Shown here piece after piece: positions 63,788 to 64,000 of a stretch of 64,000 nt of DNA. The stretch comes from an uncultured Bifidobacteriaceae bacterium. Its GTDB lineage: Bacteria > Actinomycetota > Acidimicrobiia > IMCC26256 > PALSA-555. The notes under the pieces were generated by a model. That model was not told where the DNA came from. It searched no databases and saw only the letters and a program-made list of their open reading frames with translations. Within the stretch, counting starts at the first letter, position 1. Every line of letters starts with the position of its first letter. The DNA lies in contig CAZCUD010000010.1 in assembly GCA_964501785.1 (NCBI GenBank), positions 66,088-130,087 of the forward strand, written 5' to 3'. The translations under genes were made by a program, and so were the position numbers.

Positions 63788-64000
63788 ATGCTCGTCGGTC
63801 TGTATGGGCTCCACTGCTCATCGCTCACTTCGGTGGTGCGCACGCTTGAGCACGCCGAACACTCGGTTCCGACCGGTGACGCGTCTGATCACTCGCACCC
63901 GCTGCATCCGACGGACGCTGAGTGGTCGCTGCACGCGCTCGCCCTTGGTGCAGCGCTGTTTGCAGTGGGGGTGGCGGTGCTACGCGGGCGTCGCCGTGTC
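63788..64000 (+). CDS. Possible small His-rich membrane protein, 3' end outside the window
   Basis: The frame is open from the stop at 63644-46 to the window end, with an ATG at 63788. MLVGLYGLHCSS..EHAEHS..DHSHPLHP then a second TM. It resembles DUF6153-type peptides from memory only. Confidence 0.3.
   Translation, partial: MLVGLYGLHCSSLTSVVRTLEHAEHSVPTGDASDHSHPLHPTDAEWSLHALALGAALFAVGVAVLRGRRRV

Overview
Very GC-rich (about 70% by eye) Actinomycetota chromosomal segment. I found no rRNA, intact tRNA, CRISPR array, integrase or transposase. Families were called from motifs read by eye, GC statements are visual, and start codons are approximate.

Bases 1-44100 look like core genome:
- a partial MFS exporter, kgd, a compositionally atypical class II DAHP synthase, a Bpa-like proteasome activator, and the argS-lysA-hom-thrC block;
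- redox enzymes and sodA;
- a large catabolic cluster at 19-34 kb (SDRs, crotonases, three amidohydrolase_2 paralogs, an LLM oxidoreductase, a SnoaL-like protein, an acyl-CoA ligase and an orphan solute-binding protein), with a TetR whose 17-nt operator occurs twice;
- an envelope operon ending in an ECF sigma / membrane-protein pair;
- a LuxR response regulator and a soluble REC-PAS kinase flanking two exported proteins that share an unusual signal-peptide motif.

Bases 44100-64000 look like a tandem accretion of accessory islands. They are delimited by four same-orientation copies of tRNA 3'-end-like sequence:
- a low-GC 2.5-kb islet with two membrane-anchored orphan genes;
- a 12.6-kb integrase-less island carrying a sulfur-stress-like operon and MerR/TetR modules;
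- a metal-stress-like region (ABC-YHS, DUF305, a Met/His-rich protein, USP) whose promoters share an unassigned palindromic motif.

One TetR gene contains an Illumina adapter plus poly(A), which is an assembly artefact.
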